Positions 57,908 to 64,000 of a stretch of DNA of 64,000 nt are shown here, one piece after another. The position numbers and the translations under genes were made by a program. The notes below the pieces were generated by a model. The model ran no database searches. It was not told the origin of the DNA and was given only the letters and a program-made list of their open reading frames with translations. Each line of letters begins with the position of its first letter. Positions within the stretch are counted from its first letter, which is position 1. Source of the DNA: an uncultured Zetaproteobacteria bacterium (GTDB taxonomy: Bacteria > Pseudomonadota > Zetaproteobacteria > Mariprofundales > Mariprofundaceae); the NCBI GenBank assembly GCA_964492895.1, contig CAZBLR010000002.1:41104-105103 (forward strand), read 5' to 3'.

Positions 57908-58689
57908 AGATCAAGGTGCTTGGATGCTACGGGGGGCAGCTGCTCGGGTTTCACCTGACCTCGTTCCTGGTCAACGAAACCATCCTGCTCGATGCCGGCT
58001 GTCCGACGGAGGCGCTGAGCCTGGAGGAACAGCATGGCATTCGTCACCTGTTCATCTCCCACACGCATCTGGACCACATCAAGGATATCGGCTTTCTGGC
58101 CGACAACCGCTCGCTGAAACGCCTCGGCGGCAACGCCGACAACCGCTCCGTGGCCATCTACAGCCTGCAGGAGAACATCGATGTCCTGAAGGCACATTAC
58201 CTGAACAACAAGGTGTGGCCGGATTTCACCTGTCTGCCGACGGCCGAGGATCCGATCCTGAAGCTGCAGGCGATCGAGGCCGAGAAGACCATCACCGTGG
58301 ACGGCGTATCCATCACGCCGATCCCGGTTCACCATCCCGTTCCCTGCACCGGCTTCCTGCTGGAGCAGAACGGCACGCAGTTCATCTATACCGCGGATAC
58401 CGGCCATACCGACCGCATCTGGGAGGTGGCCAACGCGCAGCCGAACCTGAGGGGCATCATCCTCGACTGCTCCTTCCCGAATGCCTATGAGCGTCTGGCG
58501 GGCATCAGCGGCCACCTGACCGCGAACGGCGTGGCCACGGAGCTGAAGAAACTGGAGCGCCTGGGCAGGGTCCCGGTCTACCTGTACCACATGAAGCCGG
58601 AGACGCTGAATGTGATGACGGCCGAGATCGAGAAACTGAACATTCCGCACCTGCGCATGCTGACGCAGGTCGACGAGCTTCTTCTCTAG
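57904..58689 (+). CDS. MBL-fold hydrolase resembling class II 3',5'-cyclic-nucleotide phosphodiesterases
   Basis: It lies within ORF 57703..58689. The TTG at 57904 overlaps the trpA stop (TTGA), and an AGGAGAG SD lies 5 nt upstream. It starts (M)[10 protein letters not shown] and shows the metal motif ISHTHLDHIKD and the later block TADTGH. Confidence 0.7.
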   Translation: MKIKVLGCYGGQLLGFHLTSFLVNETILLDAGCPTEALSLEEQHGIRHLFISHTHLDHIKDIGFLADNRSLKRLGGNADNRSVAIYSLQENIDVLKAHYLNNKVWPDFTCLPTAEDPILKLQAIEAEKTITVDGVSITPIPVHHPVPCTGFLLEQNGTQFIYTADTGHTDRIWEVANAQPNLRGIILDCSFPNAYERLAGISGHLTANGVATELKKLERLGRVPVYLYHMKPETLNVMTAEIEKLNIPHLRMLTQVDELLL

Positions 58690-58709
58690 GATCAGGAAAC
58701 ACCATCGAC

Positions 58710-59567
58710 ATGAACTGGCTTACCCGACTCATCGAACTTCCGAAGCAGGCGAAACCCAAGGAGGCGCCGGAGGGGCTGTGGGTGAAATGCCCCAGCTGCA
58801 GCGAGGCCATCTACCACAAGGAGCTGCTGCGCAGCCAGATGGTGTGTCCGAAATGCGGATACCACCATCGCATCGATGCCGGGCTGCGTGCCGAGATGCT
58901 GTTCGACAAGGACACCGTCGAGGTGCACGACGGCGAGCTGCGTTCCGAGGATCCGCTGTCCTTCAAGGACAAGAAGCGCTACCGCGACCGCGTGCGTGAT
59001 GCCGCCAAGAGCGCCGGCACCGACGATGCCGTGCACAACTATGTCGGCGATATCATGGGCCGCACCGTCTCCGTATCCATGTTCGAGTTCGGCTTCATGG
59101 GCGGCAGCATGGGGTCGGTCGCCGGCGAGAAGATCGTGCGCGGCATGGAGCGGGCGCTGGAGCGTCGCTGCCCCTATCTGCTGGTCACCGCGTCCGGCGG
59201 CGCCCGCATGCAGGAGGGCATCCTCTCCCTGATGCAGATGGCCAAGACCTCGGCGGTGGTCAACCGCATGCATGCGGAAAAGCTGCCCTTCGTCTGCCTG
59301 TTGACCGATCCGACCATGGGCGGCGTATCCGCCTCGGTAGGCTGGCTGGGCGATGTCATCCTGGCCGAGCCCGGGGCACTGATCGGATTTGCCGGACCGC
59401 GCGTGATCCAGGAGACCGTGGGCCAGGAACTGCCGAAGGGCTTCCAGCGGCCGGACTTCCTGGTCGAGCACGGCCTGATCGATGCCGTGGTGGACCGGCG
59501 CCAGCAGCGCGAATACCTGTCCTCGCTGCTGGACAAGCTCTGCCAGCGTCCCTACCACCAGTCCTGA
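58710..59567 (+). CDS. accD: Acetyl-CoA carboxylase carboxyltransferase beta subunit
   Basis: The 285-aa product has the zinc ribbon CPSCSEAIYHKELLRSQMVCPKCGYH and the block FGFMGGSMG. Confidence 0.95.
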   Translation: MNWLTRLIELPKQAKPKEAPEGLWVKCPSCSEAIYHKELLRSQMVCPKCGYHHRIDAGLRAEMLFDKDTVEVHDGELRSEDPLSFKDKKRYRDRVRDAAKSAGTDDAVHNYVGDIMGRTVSVSMFEFGFMGGSMGSVAGEKIVRGMERALERRCPYLLVTASGGARMQEGILSLMQMAKTSAVVNRMHAEKLPFVCLLTDPTMGGVSASVGWLGDVILAEPGALIGFAGPRVIQETVGQELPKGFQRPDFLVEHGLIDAVVDRRQQREYLSSLLDKLCQRPYHQS

Positions 59568-59589
59568 TTCCCCGCACTGCGGGAGCCCC

Positions 59590-60753
59590 ATGACGGATAA
59601 GCCCGATTCGATCGAGGCGTGGCTGGCCCAGTTGGGCCGGCCGGCCGCCGACCGCGACTACCGTCCAGGCCATGCCCGCATGCAGGCGCTGCTCGCGGGC
59701 CTGCCTCTGCGTCGTCCGCGGCTGCGCATCCGGGTGGCCGGCACCAACGGCAAGGGCTCGACGGCGATGATGCTGGCCGCGGCACTCGAGGCCAGCGGCT
59801 GCCGGGTCGGCCTGTACACCTCGCCGCATCTGCGGCGCTTCAACGAACGCATCCGCATCGACGGCGGGGAGGCGGACGACGCGTCCCTCGCGGCCTGTCT
59901 GGAACGGCTGATGCCGCGGGCGCTGGCCGTCGGTGCCTCCTATTTCGAGGTGGCCACGGCCATGGCCCTGATCTGTTTTTCCGAGGCCGGGGTGGATGCC
60001 GAGATCCTGGAGGCGGGGGTGGGGGCGCGCCTGGATGCCACGACCGCCGTGCCGGCCGATGCGGCGGTGCTGACCCCGGTCGGCCTCGATCATCAGGGCT
60101 GGCTCGGCGATACGCTGGAGGCGATCGCCGGCGAGAAGGCCTGGGCCATGGACGGATGTGCCGTGGCGCTGTCCTCCCCCCAGGCCCCTGCGGTGATGCG
60201 CGTATTGCAGGCCCAGCGGCCGGACCTGGCCGTGCTCGCTGCGGACGAGGCCGAGGCCCTGCCGGAACTGCGTGCGGCGGGTGCCCATCAGCGGCTGAAT
60301 GCGGCGCTGGCCTGGCGCATGCTCTGCCTGCTGTCGCAAAAGGGGATGCTTGCCCTGCGTCAGGCGGAGGCGCTAAGCGCCATTGCGGCGACCGACATCC
60401 CGGGGCGGCTGCAGCGCATCGACTGGGGCGAGCGCCGGATCTGGCTGGATGTGGCGCACAACCTGCCTGCCGTCGAGGCCCTGGTGCCGAGCCTGGCGGG
60501 GCTCTGCGACCGTTTCGAGGCCATCGTGGTGCTGACGCGCGAGGACCGCGATCTTCAGGACGCAGCGCCGCTGCTGCAGCCTCTGGCCGGGCGGCTGGTG
60601 ATCGGCCGCGGCAACGACCGCGAGGCGGTGTTCCGGGTGCTGGATGCCCAGATCGGGGCCCAGGGCGCGGGGGATTATCTGGTGATGGGCTCGTTCGTCA
60701 CGGTGGGGCTGGCCGGCGAATGGCTGGAGCGGATGCGCGGGTCCGGCGCCTAG
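59590..60753 (+). CDS. folC: Bifunctional folylpolyglutamate synthase/dihydrofolate synthase
   Basis: It lies within ORF 59482..60753 and starts MTDKPDSIEAWL. The P-loop is VAGTNGKGST, and the blocks YTSPHL and GLDH are present. Confidence 0.9.
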   Translation: MTDKPDSIEAWLAQLGRPAADRDYRPGHARMQALLAGLPLRRPRLRIRVAGTNGKGSTAMMLAAALEASGCRVGLYTSPHLRRFNERIRIDGGEADDASLAACLERLMPRALAVGASYFEVATAMALICFSEAGVDAEILEAGVGARLDATTAVPADAAVLTPVGLDHQGWLGDTLEAIAGEKAWAMDGCAVALSSPQAPAVMRVLQAQRPDLAVLAADEAEALPELRAAGAHQRLNAALAWRMLCLLSQKGMLALRQAEALSAIAATDIPGRLQRIDWGERRIWLDVAHNLPAVEALVPSLAGLCDRFEAIVVLTREDRDLQDAAPLLQPLAGRLVIGRGNDREAVFRVLDAQIGAQGAGDYLVMGSFVTVGLAGEWLERMRGSGA

Positions 60754-61243
60754 CTGTCGACCGTGAAGCCGCTGGCACCTCGACGCATGCCGACCGGGCC
60801 GGTGCGCGTCATCTCGATGACGCCGAGCGGGTCAAGCATGCGCAGGAAGGCCTCGAGCTTGTTGGCCTTGCCGGTCAGCTCGACGGTGTAGCTGGCCTCC
60901 GAGACGTCGACGACCTTGGCACGGAACACGTCGGCCATGCGCAGCACCTCGGCGCGGGTGTCGTCCGTGGCGCGCACCTTGACCAGCAGCATCTCGCGTT
61001 CCATGTGCGCCGTCTGGGAGATGTCCTCGGCCTTGATCACCGGGATCAGCTTGTTCACCTGCTTCTTGATCTGCTCGATGACGGTCTCGTCGCCGCGCGT
61101 GACCAGGGTCATGCGGCTGACCGTCGGGTCCAGCGTGGCCGCGACGTTCAGGCTCTCGATGTTGTAGCCGCGCGCCGAGAACAGGCCGGCCACGCGCGTG
61201 AGCACGCCGAACTCGTTCTCGACCAGGATGGTGATCACATGCC

Positions 61244-61247
<4 letters not shown>
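60750..61247 (-). CDS. ilvH: Acetolactate synthase small (regulatory) subunit
   Basis: It occupies the C-terminal 165 codons of ORF 60750..61901. It starts [33 protein letters not shown] (ACT domain). Its ATG overlaps the ilvI stop (ATGA). Confidence 0.95.
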
Positions 61248-62944
<1,697 letters not shown>

Positions 62945-63028
62945 GCTGTTGTGCCTTTGATGTCCACGAAATGCAGACCGGCGAACATAGGCAGGGGGTC
63001 AGGGCGTGTCAAGCGCGAGGGCTTGAAA

Positions 63029-63502
63029 CTAAACGTTTCCATGGGATTCCCGTGCGGACGTAAGCGGGCGCATCATCAGCATGGCATCCTCCCGCCGGGC
63101 GCCTCCCGACAGGGGCGGATAATACTCGCGCCGGTGGCCGGCGATGCGGAATCCCAGCGAGGCATACAGCTGCTGGGCGGGCACGTTGGAGGCGCGCACC
63201 TCCAGGTAGACCGCGGACAGGCCGGCCTTGTGCGTGAATAGCGCGCGGCCGAGGCGCGTGGCCAGGCCCTGGCGCTGGAAATCGGGATGGACGGCGATCT
63301 GCAGCAGATGCACCTCGTCGAGCATGTCGTGGCTGAGCAGGTAGGCGATGATGCGCTTGTGGTGCTCGGCCACGATCAGTTCGTGCCCGGATGCCAGGGC
63401 GTGCAGGATGCTTGTCTCGGACCAGGCCTCCGGCAGCAGCAGCCGGTTCAGCGCATACACGGCCGGCAGGTCGGCCTCCGTTCCCGGCCGGATGCGGATC
63501 AC
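63029..63502 (-). CDS. rimI: GNAT acetyltransferase, ribosomal-protein-alanine N-acetyltransferase-like
   Basis: The 157-aa product starts at a GTG that overlaps the topA stop (GTGA). The acetyl-CoA motif is IAVHPDFQRQGLATRLG, and LEVRASNVPAQQLYASLGF is also present. Confidence 0.8.
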   Translation of the reverse strand: MIRIRPGTEADLPAVYALNRLLLPEAWSETSILHALASGHELIVAEHHKRIIAYLLSHDMLDEVHLLQIAVHPDFQRQGLATRLGRALFTHKAGLSAVYLEVRASNVPAQQLYASLGFRIAGHRREYYPPLSGGARREDAMLMMRPLTSARESHGNV

Positions 63503-64000
63503 GCGTCCTCGGGTGGGGCGACCTGCTCCTTCCAGCCACAGCCCTCATGGACGCAGATGTGCTCGGTGCCGCGGCGCTTGGTGATCTTCTCGGTCACGAA
63601 GGGCGCGCCGCACTGGGGGCAGGGACGGTCCACCGGCTTGTCCCACAGCGCGTTCTTGCACTTGGGATAGCGCGAGCAGGAATAGAAGACCTTGCCGCGC
63701 CGGGATTTCTTCTCGAGGAAGGTGCCCTGGCCGCAGGCCGGGCAGGTGATGCCGGTGTCCTTGGGCTTTTCCAGCGGCTGGATGTTCTTGCATGTGGGGT
63801 AGTTCGAGCAGCCGAGGAACGGCCCGAAACGGCCCTGCTTGATCTCCATCGGCGCACCGCATTTGTCGCAGACCTGGTCGGTCAGCTGCTTGGGCTGTTC
63901 GCCGGCCGGCTCCCCCTTCTTGGCCAGCGGACGGCTGTACTTGCATTCGGGATAGCCGGTGCAGGCCAGGAAGCGGCCGAAGCGGCCGAGCTTGATGGCC
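63499..64000 (-). CDS. topA: DNA topoisomerase I, C-terminal zinc-ribbon region (partial; continues beyond the window)
   Basis: Minus-strand translation to the window edge reads ...AIKLGRFGRFLACTGYPECKYSRP...CDKCGAPMEIKQGRFGPFLGCSNYPTCK...CPACG...CPQCGAPF. These are repeated topo-I-type Zn ribbons. Confidence 0.85.
   Translation of the reverse strand, partial: AIKLGRFGRFLACTGYPECKYSRPLAKKGEPAGEQPKQLTDQVCDKCGAPMEIKQGRFGPFLGCSNYPTCKNIQPLEKPKDTGITCPACGQGTFLEKKSRRGKVFYSCSRYPKCKNALWDKPVDRPCPQCGAPFVTEKITKRRGTEHICVHEGCGWKEQVAPPEDA

Overview
This is a high-GC, gammaproteobacterium-like chromosomal segment with about 65 genes. No rRNA, CRISPR array, transposase, integrase or phage genes were recognised.

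Most of the window consists of conserved housekeeping blocks:
- glyQ-glyS-(fetB-like)-smc
- miaB-ybeZ-ybeY-corC-lnt-gpsA
- argD-argF-argG
- trpF-trpB-trpA-(MBL/PDE)-accD-folC
- ilvI-ilvH, rimI, and the 3' end of topA
- one tRNA-Arg(CCG)

Several accessory modules sit between these blocks:
1. A transketolase/phosphoketolase-like TPP enzyme with a DUF1537 sugar-acid kinase, divergent from an IclR regulator and a transaldolase (1-4834).
2. An OMF-MFP-RND efflux operon followed by PepSY and an OmpR/HK two-component system, with a shared direct-repeat motif at both ends of the RND operon (4846-12821).
3. ACR3-arsC plus a catalytically degenerate arsC paralog, with no adjacent arsR (30278-32691).
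4. A co-directional five-gene module: a membrane-anchored HemL-like aminotransferase, a PHP-GT4 fusion, a PSD-like decarboxylase, a DUF962/Mpo1-like protein and Ugd (32782-40069). I rate this the best candidate for an undescribed polar-lipid or glycoconjugate head-group pathway.
5. A TonB-dependent receptor behind a structured leader that sequesters its Shine-Dalgarno element. It is followed by exbB-exbD-tonB, an Fbp-type ABC importer and an ExxE-motif membrane protein (40070-49067).
6. An orphan ABC ATPase overlapping a His-rich CDF transporter upstream of argDFG-cytb561-arsR.

All calls come from reading the ORF translations and the DNA by eye. No database searches were run. Many long ORFs in the track are antisense or off-frame shadows typical of high-GC DNA and were discarded.
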